Source: Iphione sp. A-MEVVRFRX5
Lineage: Eukaryota
Length of the DNA stretch: 64,000 bases
Reading direction: 5' to 3'
Assembly: GCA_976226885.1 (NCBI GenBank)
Contig: OZ320313.1
Span: forward strand, 115,816,001 to 115,880,000
Shown here: positions 1 through 12,897 of the stretch, piece by piece
Layout: the number at the start of each line of letters is the position of its first letter
Numbering within the stretch: position 1 is the stretch's first letter
Notes under the pieces: model-generated
The model's input: the letters and a program-made list of their open reading frames with translations, nothing else
Told to the model about the DNA's origin: nothing
Databases searched by the model: none
Made by a program: the position numbers and the translations under genes

Positions 1-2604
1 CCATTCCCTCCCATTGCACCTGAGGTCCATGGAGGCAAGGTCACGTTCAAGGGAGGACGAGGTGAGCTGATGGTGGTCAAGGGTGGATGGGTGGGTGGAG
101 GAGGGAGGGGGCGGAAGGGAGAGAGACTGAGCTCACTATAGGGGGAGCTTCCCGACCCCACCGCACCGGTCAACGAGCGCCTATATCACTCCACCGCCAC
201 CACCACTGCGCCCTATCTTTCCGCCCGACCTCCAGCACCTGTCAGCCCAGGCCGTCGACATGGCGACTTGGAGTGCGCGCCGCTTGACACAGCCGCCCTG
301 CGTATTATACCGACCAAACGCCGATACCGGTCATTCGGTTGGCTGACCAGCGCAGTTTACCGCGCGGACCTTGGAAATGACGCATTGAGCGAACAGTGGT
401 CGCAACTGCTGACAACAAGGTCTTCATAAAGCAACGGCTCCGGTGGGTGTGGTAGTACTTCACGTCCGTGACCTACAGTGTCCGGTGGACATCGGGCAAA
501 TTTGATCTAATTAGATTTAATTGAATTTCGTATTTAGACCTTGTGACTATATTTGCAATATATCGATGCCTCTTCCTTGTGGTGTTTAACTGGCTTCCGA
601 TCATGAATCACATACGTAGCTAATACTCTTCGGCCTACTTCTGTTTCAGACTTTACAAGATGCTTCGAACGTTGGTGCTCATTTGAGCTATTTCAATGCC
701 ACGGAAACTTTACGTTTAGTATTCTCTTTTCCCCAGTAATTTTGGTGGTCACGCGATACCATTATTTCTAGCAACCCCCCTCTCCTCCCTCCCCACCTGT
801 GAGGTTTAATACTTCTTGTGGGCAAATCTATGTGGAGAAGAACGAATAATATCTGGACGATTATAAAGGAGAATGTAAGATTCAGAGGTCGTAACGGGGT
901 AGGCGGACTCTGCCTATTTCCCTTCATAGCAAAACAACTGAAACTGTCCGGACATTAAATGAACTGCTTTTTGGTCGTACCTTTTGTTTCTGGTTTAGAT
1001 AAACATCATACCCCATCGGTACCAAGCAGAGGTCAGGGCACGTGCTTATTCGTGTGGAGACAGGGTGCGGAGAGCTTTATTTTATATTGCCAATATATCA
1101 AAGTAACGGCCTTGCACCCCTTGACCCTTGAGAGGGGCGTTTCAATGTCCAGAACCCTGATCGCACGGAGCAAAGTCATATATGAGAGGACGGACGCATA
1201 CACAGATTAGCGCACTCATTTATGTCCATTCATACTTCCCACGTGTTTGTTTTTTTAGACAGATAAAACGTTCAGAAATATATGAGTAATCGTGATATTC
1301 ATAAGAACCTGGCTAGTTTTTTCTTTATCTGATGTGATTTAAATAATAATGCTACATACCACGGTTAACAATGCATATATTGTGCCCTGTGCATTATTCG
1401 GTTGTTTCCAGCACGATGGGCCTATTGATCCCTAGGCATACCTGGTGACATGTGTTCTAATGAAAAAACCAGGTGAATAATGGTCGTGACTACACTCTGT
1501 ATATTGGTCATGGATTTCCTGCCTCTGGATACACGTGTTCCTAGACCATCAGGCTGAAACCTGTATGTATAAAATACTTTTTCCGATGTTCTCTTGTATT
1601 TGTAGACATACATATGCTACTGTTAAGAAAAATATTCAAAAAGGGTACACTGATGATGGCTAACGTGTAAGCTTTCTTTGTAGAAACTATAATTTTGACA
1701 TTTCTAAAAGTATACTAACAAGAAATAAAGCATTTGAGACGTCTGAACAAGATATCTTCAAATTCTACACCGAAACTTGTTGGTAATCATAAAGAAATAC
1801 ATTTGCTTGGTAATAGTCTTCCATCTCTTTGCGTGTGCTTAGAGTATTGTACATCTTTTCGTATACATCTCATATATATGTATGTATACGTGTATATGAA
1901 GGATATATACCGAGAAAGCTGCTGTATGTGATATATTCTGACAGTAGGGTTTCACTAGGCATAGCCGAGGTAACCCCCTCTATCAGGATACATCAAGTAC
2001 AGGGCTTTCGAGGGATATATATGATTTAAAGCAATGGCCTTCAGTATTCCACCAATGAAATTTTACTGCAGGTTATACTATAGATGCTTTTAATTCATGG
2101 AAACACGTGAGATTTTACCGGAGCTTAGACTAGAGATGTGTTTAAAACATGAAAATATACAAACTTTGACTGGAGGCTAGACTAAAAGATGTTTATGAAA
2201 ATACTGTGAATTTTATTGATGTTAGGATAAATCAATATGTAATATATTACCCGTGGTTCCCATATAGACCCCAAGAGAAAAAAGAAGGCGCCCATGTTTC
2301 AGGTGTAAATCTATATAAACTCCCACTAATTGGACCACTAAGCAAAGACAGCTCAGCCCTGAAAAGGTATCTATACACGTCCATGTATATAACAAAAAAT
2401 GTATTCTGGGAACGTAAGCCTCCACTGAGGACAAATATGGCTGATCCTTGTTGTAATCGCATTTAAGCTTCAATTCTGTATATGATTCACTATGAATAAC
2501 ATGGTTGTTAGGTGGTACTTAAATGGTCTCCAATTTAAATGTAAAGGTTTGTAGTAAGTTGAGTTTTTTTCAGAATGAAGTAGAACTCCGATTGTCTCAC
2601 TCAC

Positions 2605-3607
2605 CTCAGCATAATCATCTTCATTTTTCAAGTGTGCGGCGATGAACCTGACGGCTTCGATGGCCTTGTGCGTCTCAGGCGTCAGATGGAAGCCACTCTC
2701 TGCGGCCGTCTCCGCGTCGCTCTTCGCCCGCTCCGTGGACGCCTTGCGGTTCATTTTACAGTTCGGATGGTGGATCTCCGACAGTTCAAGCAAGTCGGAG
2801 CGCGCGTTGACGGCGAACTGTCGGATCTCCTGATCCTGCTGCTGCTGATTTGGGTTGTTGTTGCGCGTGTAGGTCTTCTTCACCCACCGCTCGTTGTGGT
2901 TGGGCCTTTTCATAAACAGTATCCGCGGCAGATAGTTCAGGAAGAGCACGCGCACCCACTTGGGCATGCGATGAGTCCGTGGGGTGCGGAAGTTCCAGTT
3001 GATAATGATGACGGTGATGAGAATGGTGAATATGTTCATGATGAATGTGAAGAGTAGGTATTTAGCGATGAGCGGGATTGTGATGGAAGTAGGCGGCAGA
3101 ATCTTTGACACCAGCAAGAGAAAGACGACTAAGGCCAAGAGGATGGATATGCACATGGTCATCTTCTCACCTGCATCTGCCGGTAGATAAAATACACACA
3201 CGCTTAGAAAAGAGATCAGCACACAGGGGATGATGAGGTTCACCGTGTAGAATAAAGTCTTGCGGCGTATCCGCAGCGTGAAGGTGATCTGTGCCGTATG
3301 GTGCTTCTCCACCGGGTCCAGGCTGTAGTCATAACGACCAGGACATGCTATGATATCCCACGTACCACTATTGACGTAGTCGCTAAGGTCGACCTTCTCC
3401 TGGCCTTCATACCAGTCCAGCGATACTTGGTCGCCGTTGAAGGTCCACGAACCGAACTTCATCTCACATTCTTGTTGATCGAAGGGGAAGTATTCCACAT
3501 CGATGGTGCATGAGGATTTGTAGATGGCAGGGGGGATCCATAGCACGTTCCCGTCGTGATAGATGACCACATTTGGCTTGTACGATACTTCGTACTTGCC
3601 ATCAGCA
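2605..3607 (-). CDS. nAChRbeta1: nAChR beta1-type (non-alpha) subunit, large exon (Cys-loop, loops B/C, M1-M3, M3-M4 loop)
   Basis: Reads (N)ADGKYEVSYK...SSCTIDVEYFPFDQQECEMKFGSWT...RRKTLFYTVNLIIPC...GEKMTMCISILLALVVFLLLVSKILPPTS...NWNFRTPRTHRMP...HLKNEDDYAE. Acceptor CAG at 3610-3608, donor GTGAGT at 2604-2599; 1003 nt, phase 2 to 0. No vicinal Cys pair in loop C, so non-alpha. Confidence 0.97.
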
Positions 3608-6600
3608 CTGTGCACCGTACAGCATCGGCGTGGATGAAATGAGAAAGGAACATTAAGTACTCTGTGCAGAATAATAACAGATACATCTCAAAGCGAGGGA
3701 CGTAAATACCAACAAAGACAATGTTATGCATCGGAAAAAACTTACAACATTGATTTTACTGCATTTCCATCGGTGAATTAATCGCAAGGAAATTTGTAAG
3801 AATGCAAAACAAAATCTTACTGCTGCTGTAACGGTCAATGTCCCTTCCTTTCTTTCCTATATACAATATTCTATGTATAATTTGTAGCCGTTTCAGTTAA
3901 TTTTTAAGCATTCTCAATACTCATCAGACAGCTATGGGAAACGGGGTATCCAATACATTTTAGTCAAAATATTAATTAATCATATTAGAGGTCTAAATTA
4001 AAGGCAATGAAATTCTAGTCATAAAAAAAGCTAGATACTAATTTTCATGAAGAATCTGTTGCAAAAATTAATTTTGGTAAAGTTTTATTTCTTATGAAGT
4101 AGTTTTGAGTTATGGGATCAGATATGTAAATGAGCTAATTTACATAAATATATTCATTAGGTTCCCATAATGATAAAAAGTAAGGATTGTTATAAATGCT
4201 CATATTATTTACAAATGTCAAAAATGTTCAACTAAGGACTGAAACCCTTTCAAAAACTGATTCTGTGTAATAATTAGCATTTACAATTATATTTCCTAGC
4301 CTCTAGATGTTTTATACTATAGAGTGTCAAAGAATGCATCAAGCAATAAATTATATCATTTTGAAAGGATGGTTATATCAACTTTGAATTACAACAGCTT
4401 AGAATCTAGAAATAGTATTTACACAATCTTTGCACCAAACGATGTCCAATAATGTTCTTTAGTTTCTAAATGTTTACGCTGGAGTACCCTTTTCCCCTGA
4501 AGGGTCACACTTTCTGATGTGTGTTTAAAAGAAAACTAATTCCCGGACTATTCTCTAGAATTCATCAAGATACTATTAGTTTCCGTGTTAAATTGTAGAA
4601 AATGGGTATACGGTTAAGACAAAACATCTACATTATTCAATACCCAAAACGGTGATTTTCAAATAAATTCCACTGCCATCAATTGTGTATAAACCATAGA
4701 AATAAGACTCAATATAAGATGAAACTCGATTTATGAATGAAAACGTATGCATCGACACTCATTCAGATGCCATGTTCTTACTATACATGTATCTCCAACA
4801 GTGGCAAATAATAAACCTCAGTATAGAGAAATAGCCTGGTGATATCATCATACAGTAAATTACCAACAGCTAAGCCTTATTAGCTTTATATCCTGAATCG
4901 AAATCTATAGCACTTGAGACGGAGACTAGTTTCGCTTGTCTTTCATACCATTATACATATTCTTTTCCAGATTTTCTCTTCATCCACGAATATCATTCTC
5001 TTGTATTTTTATTACATCTGTCAAGAAGCATAGGCATTTACCCATATCACTGATACAGTTTTAATCTTACAACTTCGCCTTGAGGTCTTAGCTATAGCTA
5101 TAGCGTTCTTACACACCATACACCAGGGCTATCTAAAGGAACTATGATATTAAAGGAGTGACATCCTGCTTCAGTACTAGAAATCGTCAATACTAGAATC
5201 TAGACTGCTAAAATTATATTCCTTTTCCACTTCTTTTTAATGTCCCCACTCAACAGGACTGTTGCCCCTTAGCTAGGTTGACTGCTACAAGGGCCAGGGC
5301 TTAAGATTGGTTTTGTATGGTTCAATGTAGGCCGAATGTTCACTGATGTGGGTTAAAAATAGTGATCTTGAGCGATGGGTGTGGTAGTTTACTTATGAGC
5401 ACCTTCAGATGGGACGAAGACACATGTTAGTATAACTGGCCATCCTTCTCAGGATTAGTAAAACACGGTTCTGACATTATGGATAGTGCTTTTCAACTTG
5501 AAAAGTCATAAAACCGGCAAAGTTAAAAGGTCTACCTGCTAAACAACCGGCATTCTGTAAAGGACTGAAAGTTATGTGATCTCCCTCATCCAATCAGATT
5601 TAGTGAAGAAGCCAAGACGGCATTGATAGTGGTATTAGGTGATGATTCATTGCGCTTCGGTAAATCTTTCATGAGATGGTCATTCTACTTGAAAGTACAT
5701 GCGTAACTTAATTTGGTTATAAAGATATAAAAACGATTGTTTTTCTATTTCTTAATGTTGTAAGCATGGATGGTTCTCAAGATTTAATGACGGAGGTCCA
5801 CCATTTTGGTTTACCTAAAATCGAATGTCAACAATCCATTTATCAGACCAATAGAATCCATTTATTTTCAGTGATGAATCGCAGGTTACCATAGTTCATT
5901 ATTTGTGTTTCCTTCTCTAAGCAATTTGCCTGTCAACTAGAATATAGTTGTATTATTTTATATACCGTATTACTTTGTTCCTGTTATTTCACCTTTCCAA
6001 AATGGCCTCTTTTTCGTAGGGACGTTGGAAAATGACATGAAATTAAGGCTGATAAATACGAATTTAAAGATTTTAGTTCTGAAAGTTCCTCTCGAAAATT
6101 CATTGTGAAGGAAATTTTCTTTACCCTGACATATACATTTGGACACCAAACATTATAAAGACGAAAGCCCACATTTAATTCATACAAAACCTAGATATAA
6201 TCCATAGAACATATGGAACCCACTTAGGGCCCAGATGGCCTTACACATGTTGGGTTCAGCTAAAGAAATATTTCTAGATGGCAGTTGGAGAACACCTGTG
6301 GGACCCAGTTGGGAGTCCGATGTAACGCAACTGGGTTCTTTACTGTCTGAAATTGCTAATATTGCAATTATTCATCTTGATTTCACATACACTGACTATC
6401 ATCTTACTTATTGTGGCCTCAGGGAGGGCATCAGCTAGTATTGTATATGGGTGATAGTGTGAGTGGTATTAAAATCTCTTCTCTTGTAATAATATTTCAT
6501 TTTATCCATTTCTGCTCGATTTATTTTATGTAGAATGCCAATGTATTTTACTTATAGGAAATCATTTTCTTAAATTTGTTACTCATTCTTTTCTCGGCTC

Positions 6601-8783
6601 AATATAATGCATGGCTGTACATTCTTCATATATTGCCGAGCCTATATTGAGAAAACAATTTGACTGCCAAGTACATCTGGAACCGCTACTCACAGATATA
6701 ATACTCTGTCCAACGTTTTCAGGTTTCCTTATTCGTATTTGGCAATATTTGCTAGATTCGATGACCACGCGAGCGAGCACTTGTAACAGTTCGGTGTAAT
6801 CATGAGGAACACATTATTGGGAATCGATAAATGGCTTCACTGTGGTGTAACCGATGCTTTGTTAATGCATTTGGAAACAGTGGTAGTGATTTGGATGATG
6901 ACATGGATGCCATCAGTGCCGTTGAATGTTACTGGCAACGTTAGTATTTATGTGGCGTGAACGAATGTTCATAGGCTTGTTTACAAGATCATTCTAGACT
7001 TCACGGGCAGTTTTTCATATTCGGCGAGCTAAATCATCAGAATGAATCCAGCGTGAGTCGCTGAAATAAGCAGTGTATCGTTGGAGAGTATGCCATGTTT
7101 GATCATCAGGACGAACTGATATTCAAACTAAGAAATCATATCACACGGCATGGTGTATCATTTTGATGGGTCGCATTTTCAGTGGTGACTTCGGGCGAAC
7201 GTGATGGGAAGTGCACATTTCCATCGTTCATCCGTAGCAGTATTTAAAATCCTCCATCCTTTGACTTAACACATAAAAGCTTTCTTCTGTGTTGCAATTT
7301 CAGCTAGGTTCTCCTTTCCCGAGGACATTAGTCACTGCAATTTACTACTGATGATATTCGCCTCCAAAATTATACTATAATCTCCCTTTCATTGCCATAT
7401 CACACGACTCTCATATATCGCGTCGTTTTATGTAATGCTACCTTGGGTTATAGGAAAAGAGAACATATGAAAACAATCCTGTTAGATGTTGTCCGCGCAA
7501 GGTGTAAATATGAGATATTTCACTCACTCTAAGCAACGGCAGAACTTACAATCTGAAACAATCCTAACTTTAATAGTGAGATAATTGAAGAAGTGTTTCC
7601 AGGCAGCCTTTACAGTGGCCTGACATTCATTCCCGTTGCAGGGTTACGATATCTTTTTGTCGTTTGAAGACGATTTCTGTATGTCACATCTTATGACCAT
7701 ATTTACGCTAGACATGAACTACATCCAGAACAAGAGCTACGTTGCATACGGCTCGACAGTAAGGGTCTCCAGTTAACGGGAACCACATCACTTGAATATG
7801 ATTAGCTCTCAATGATGCAATTTGGGCGAGGCGAAATGCTCATCAAAACAAACACAAAATAAAAAGAACTACTCGTGCCAGAGTGATTAAGTGCAACATT
7901 GGTTAAATCAAATTTCAATACTTCCAAAAGAAATGTCACGACAGTTGCTGTTTGAAAGTTTTCATGCTGCCTCTCCCGTCGGTCATTACTTGAAAGGGTC
8001 GATATCGACCTGTCCAGTCGGGACGAGGATTTTATGGAATCAAACCGAGGATGTGGAACGATGACCGGAATTCTACCGGAGAAGCTGGCCTGGGGGCCTA
8101 GCCTGTAAGGGCCGTGCAAGGTTGTTTACACAGGACCCGCCCAATTTGGTTACACTATTATTGGCCAAGCAAGTAGCGTGGTAACAAGTCGCCACTGCTG
8201 TGCACATGCTCCGAGTGTCAGCGCACGCGTACTCGGCCAGCCGCATAAATTCGTCTTTGTCATAGACGTTCGCGTGGCCCCAATCTCGTTGGCAGCGCTG
8301 ACAGAGAATTGATCCTGGACTGGTGTCCGCGGGCTTTTCTTGGCTGAAGTCTCAATCGACAGCTTTCTGCAGCCAACTGCCCGCATGCAGGAAGCCATGA
8401 ACATGTCGAATTCCGAATCTTTCAGGTTCTTTCTAATGGAGAAGTAAGCCGAAAAGCCGCGACGTCTGCTCACTTTATCAAACCTCTCTAAGACTAAACA
8501 GTAGGTTGTCAGTATCTTGATATGATATTTATTTATTTGTCTCTATATATCTGTCACTTTTTATTAGGAAATATACTCTAAACCTACGTAAAACGACCAA
8601 GCTATCTCTTTAGAAATCTTTCTTGCATACAATGTACAGTATATTATCTGTTCACATAGATTGAACAAAATTACGATATTCGTAGGATAAATTACTCTTT
8701 ACGATATTCTTAACCATTTCACCAAAAGAGTGTAGGACACAAAACAAAAAAGCTCAGATATCACATTCCAAAATCATACTCAC

Positions 8784-8893
8784 TTGTTGAAAAGCACAAT
8801 GTCTGGTTTCCAGACCTTGTGTGGAAGAATGCGGATAGTTGTAATACCTCCATAATCAGTTGGCTCCCATTTCAGTTGATAGTCGCTCCATAA
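8784..8893 (-). CDS. nAChRbeta1: nAChR beta1-type subunit, 110-nt exon
   Basis: Manual translation LWSDYQLKWEPTDYGGITTIRILPHKVWKPDIVLFN+AA. Polypyrimidine TTCTCTCTTTCTAG acceptor, GTGAGT donor. AA+T joins the next exon to give FNNADG. Not in the ORF track. Confidence 0.95.
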
Positions 8894-9010
8894 CTAGAAA
8901 GAGAGAAAATTAGTGAGGACCACGCAATTCAGATTACATTGATGTGTAGATTGACATGACACAGCAAAGAAGGATTATGAAATGCATCAATTCATAAGGC
9001 CCCCCCCCCC

Positions 9011-9336
9011 AAAAAAAATAGGTGTGTTTCTGGTAACCGACCCCTACCTAGTAAAACCTCACCCTACCTAAAAATTTGTTGGCCTCAAAAGAGTTTCCAA
9101 GGCTTAATTTCCTTAGATATGTGTTTTCATGACACATGTTTTTGGTAAATTTGACAAAATCCATGGAAATTTACCAAAGAACTGTAAAACTCATACAGAT
9201 TGGTCAAATTCTTGATATTGTCTTTATTATTATTGAAAACCAAAGGAAGAAACTGGAAAAAAATCTAAAAGAAAGATATCCCCTCCCTACCTAGGCTTTT
9301 GGCTGGTCATTACCAGAAACACACCTATTTTTTTTT
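9011..9336. mobile_element. MITE (non-autonomous DNA transposon), family A copy 1
   Basis: Terminal inverted repeats AAAAAAAATAGGTGTGTTTCTGGTAA ... TTACCAGAAACACACCTATTTTTTTT around an AT-rich non-coding interior. Confidence 0.8.
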
Positions 9337-12300
9337 CGCTCGGGACTTAACAAGGAGATACATTTTTTGCGTTTTTATAGTGAGTGCCACAGCCAAGTTT
9401 CTTTTTGGCAGTAAGTACACATGCTATTCTATCATAGCGTTCCGGATAACGGATTATCTTAACAGTGAATGAAGCTGTAGAAATATATCGTGCATTTTGC
9501 AACACAGACATTTGTACTCCTCTCTTAAAATTATCTCAAGGTGTACATGATGATCCTACTTCGTGCCTCAAAACCTTTACAACACAGGAGCCTCTAGCAA
9601 AAGTCCTTTTCCTTATTTTGAAATGGAAATTTCTCTTACATAGCTTGCTAATGCTATTTTTCCTACTACTTCAGCCCGGTAGACATAAGTTAATACATGC
9701 CACGCCACCAGAGAAGACTATTCCAGCCTAAGAAGTCTAGACGTTCTCTCGATAGGCTACTTAGTTCACAACATAACGTTTAGAAGGGCAGCTTTATTAG
9801 CCTTTTCCATGAGCACACCTCCCTCGGATTCATTCCTTCACTTATATACATGTATGTAAACACGGACATGAATTTCGGAATATAAGTGGCTTCTATGAAT
9901 ATTCTACAAGCTGACAAAGCTTCAGGGTATATTTCATGTTTGCGCGATGATCACAGGATACTATAAACTATTTCCATTTAAGTAATCGCCACATAAATAT
10001 CTCATGTGACATATACCATAGGGACGTACTTCGGGCCGTAACATGTTCTACCACGCGAACACATATAAGTACACTGTAAAAATAAAATTATGTTTCAATG
10101 TAGGGATGATTTTGTTGCAATATTTCTACAGCAAGGTTGCACGAAGTATACGATTATCAGTTGTCAAGTGCTTGAATACACTACACCAACGAAGATCCGT
10201 CAGAAATTTTTGTTACTTTAGTGCGAAGTTGGTCTTTGATTTGAAGTGTGTTCGAAAGTGGTACGAATCTGTTACTTACAAGCTGCTTGTGGTTACCTTG
10301 CTTCTGATATATAATGTGCTGTAGTATTTTATTTTATCTTCATTAAGCATGAAACGGGTTCTTATCAAATTTACTTGGACCGAAATAGGCAACATTGTAT
10401 CTGCTGTACACAGCTATCCCTAGCAATTTCCATTCAGACGGAGAACGTATTGCTGTGATCTAGTAGAAAGCTCTAGAAAAGATACATTCATTGGCCACTT
10501 GGTCTGAGTCTGTCCATCTCCGTCTTGAAGAGTTTGCATTAAGAATAGGCGTAAAGCATTCTCCGAGGGCTTTTTTCGGAGCAAGGCTAGGCCCAAGGTC
10601 ATCCTCCCGGAAGATCAGCGACCAAATATGCTTAAATATTAAACTTGGAGATGGAGAAAATTTATGCAACTGGGCAAACAAGAATGGCTGTTGAATACGA
10701 CTGGCCCATAAAGAGTACTCGTCGTTGGTAGTGGTGGTCCCTCGCAGAGTGCTCAGGCGTTATAGAGAAAGCGCAGAGACAGCGATAATGGAGGTGATCA
10801 AAAAAAGAACAAGGTCGACTTCATCGTCAGACTTCACTCGACCTGCCTAGCGGCTAGTAAGGCAGCGGAGAGATTTCAAACATTGATCCCTAACTGTCCA
10901 ATATGGATACCCTAGAAGCGTTCTTTCTTTCCACTCGGTTCCATGTAACCAGTACTTCCAGACGCAGTTAGTGCAATTCCCGCGTCAATTTTCGTCTTTG
11001 TAATTATATAGTTTGACAGCTCTTCCTTTAATACAATCACGGACTCTATACAATATCATCGATAGATGATAGTGCGTGTGATTGGTCTACGCAACAGAAG
11101 GATGATTGGGAGGAGTGCAGAGAGAGATCGATAAGCCTGCAGCAATTGGGTCCGCCGAGGAGCTAGTGGACGCGCCGTGACATATTGGCAGTCATCCAAG
11201 TGGCGCTGTCTTTCAGGCGTTGATATTAAGTCTAGACAATGCCGTATATTGACATTGATTTGGGATGGATAGTACATGTCATCATGAGTATACGGCATTC
11301 GGGCCCGATCATTCTTGATCATATAGCGAACTCAATTGCCTGGCAGGCAAATAATTTATGACTTGTTTATTGACGTCGCTACTGCCCAACAAGGTTCGGC
11401 CCCAGAGTCTCTGTTCTACGAAATGATTGCTGTACTTCATACAGACACACGCGTGTCGTGCTGTGTTCGTTTTGTAATGGACATTCGGGCCCGCATTGCT
11501 GACTACTGATGGTATATGAGCAGGTTCATAGAAAAAGATCACGCAACCAGTTGTCATGTCTCGACAACGTGACGTACCTAATCTCTCTTTCTTTAGATGA
11601 GAGCGTCATGCGCTGATTAAAGTATTGAATAATTGTGTGGGTCACCATATATTACTAAAGTATTTAATGATTGTGTGGTTCAAGATAAGTTCAAGACAAG
11701 TAATTATGATTATTTAAACAAAAAAAACAAGCAAGACGCTAATTGCGTTTTCAAGCCCCCTCTGGTTGTGCCCTTGTGCCCAGGCTGTTACGCCTCTGTA
11801 AGACCGCACGCTAGCCACGTTGGGCCTCCTAATAGACAAGATTATTTTAATCGCAGTGCTCTGCTGTGCCCCCTTAAACTTCTTATCGCGCCATTGACTG
11901 GACCCCCGCCACCAGTCCATCAGGAGCCCGCGGGACCCCCAGCCGCCACCCGGCATATCGGCGGGGCCACCTGAAAGCCGCGCCAGAGCCGTGTCGGCTG
12001 GTCTGAATGTGGCGGCTGCTGTGTGTAGTGCCGGTTATCAAGTAAGCGCCATACGCTATTGACTGGCCAGCCGGCTGCTTCACGAGACGGCGAGAAATAA
12101 AACGTGCAAGGGATAAGAAATGGTGCCTCAAACGACCTCTGGTATACCTACCTCCCCGCGCCCAGGCAAGACGAGAAGGGGGAAAAAGGGCTTCTGTTGC
12201 CCTAAACGCTGTAAAAAGCGATTAACCCGACCTAGAACGTTTTGGATTTATCCGGGTATGCCGTACAAGGAGGGGGGTCTTGTATGTTAGATAAAAAAAG

Positions 12301-12567
12301 CGCAACAATGACTTGTAGGGATCTATTAATTTTTATTTTTGTTTTGATTCTGATGCACCTTATGTGGGAATAGAAATTGGAAGTGGGGCAGTTTCTAGGG
12401 TTACATGTATAATGTCCTAGTGCAATGAATATCATTGTTGAGGGTCAATACACGTCCTTATATTTCGAGAATCGTCCCAACTGAGTTTCTACTAAGAGTA
12501 AAAGCCAGCTGTTCACTGGCTTTTGTTCCACAGAGAATCCCGTATGGCCTCCCCCTCCCTCCCCCCC

Positions 12568-12897
12568 AAAACAGGTGTGTTTCTGGTAACAACCACCCAA
12601 AAACCTAGGTAGGGAGGGGGTATCTTTTTTTAAAATTTCTTTCCACTTTCTTTCTCTGGTTTTCAATGATAATAAAGATAATATGAAGAATTTTGACTAA
12701 TTTACAGTTCTTTGCTAAATTTCCCTGGATTGTATTGTTTTTCAACTGAATTTACCCAAGACATGTTCTGTTAAATCATGTATCTAAGAAAATTCAGCCT
12801 TGGAAACTCTTTGGTGCAAAAAAGATTTTTAGGTAGGGTGAGGTTTTACTAGGTAGGGGTGGGTTATCAGAAAGTTGAGAAACACACCTATTTTTTT
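12568..12897. mobile_element. MITE family A copy 2, inverted relative to copy 1
   Basis: Same termini (GGTGTGTTTCTGGTAAC ... GAAACACACCTATTTTTTT). Interior is the reverse complement of copy 1, e.g. TTTTTAGGTAGGGTGAGGTTTTACTAGGTAGGGG versus CCCCTACCTAGTAAAACCTCACCCTACCTAAAAA. Confidence 0.8.

Noticed and set aside
132-143. CTCACTATAGGG resembling the T7 promoter end
   Set aside because: Only 12 of 20 nt; no TAATACGA and no vector context.
1-2604. Search for the final M4 exon (xxDWKYVAMVxDR)
   Set aside because: No such motif found on the minus strand; the exon must lie left of the window.
2470-3615. Track ORF taken as a single-exon 381-aa protein
   Set aside because: Its ends (MHS... and VSETIG...QN) are intronic read-through beyond clear splice sites at 3607 and 2605.
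5300-5700. APE-endonuclease-like words (VYL..., IVVLGDD) on the plus strand
   Set aside because: Too few motifs, interrupted by stops; may be chance.
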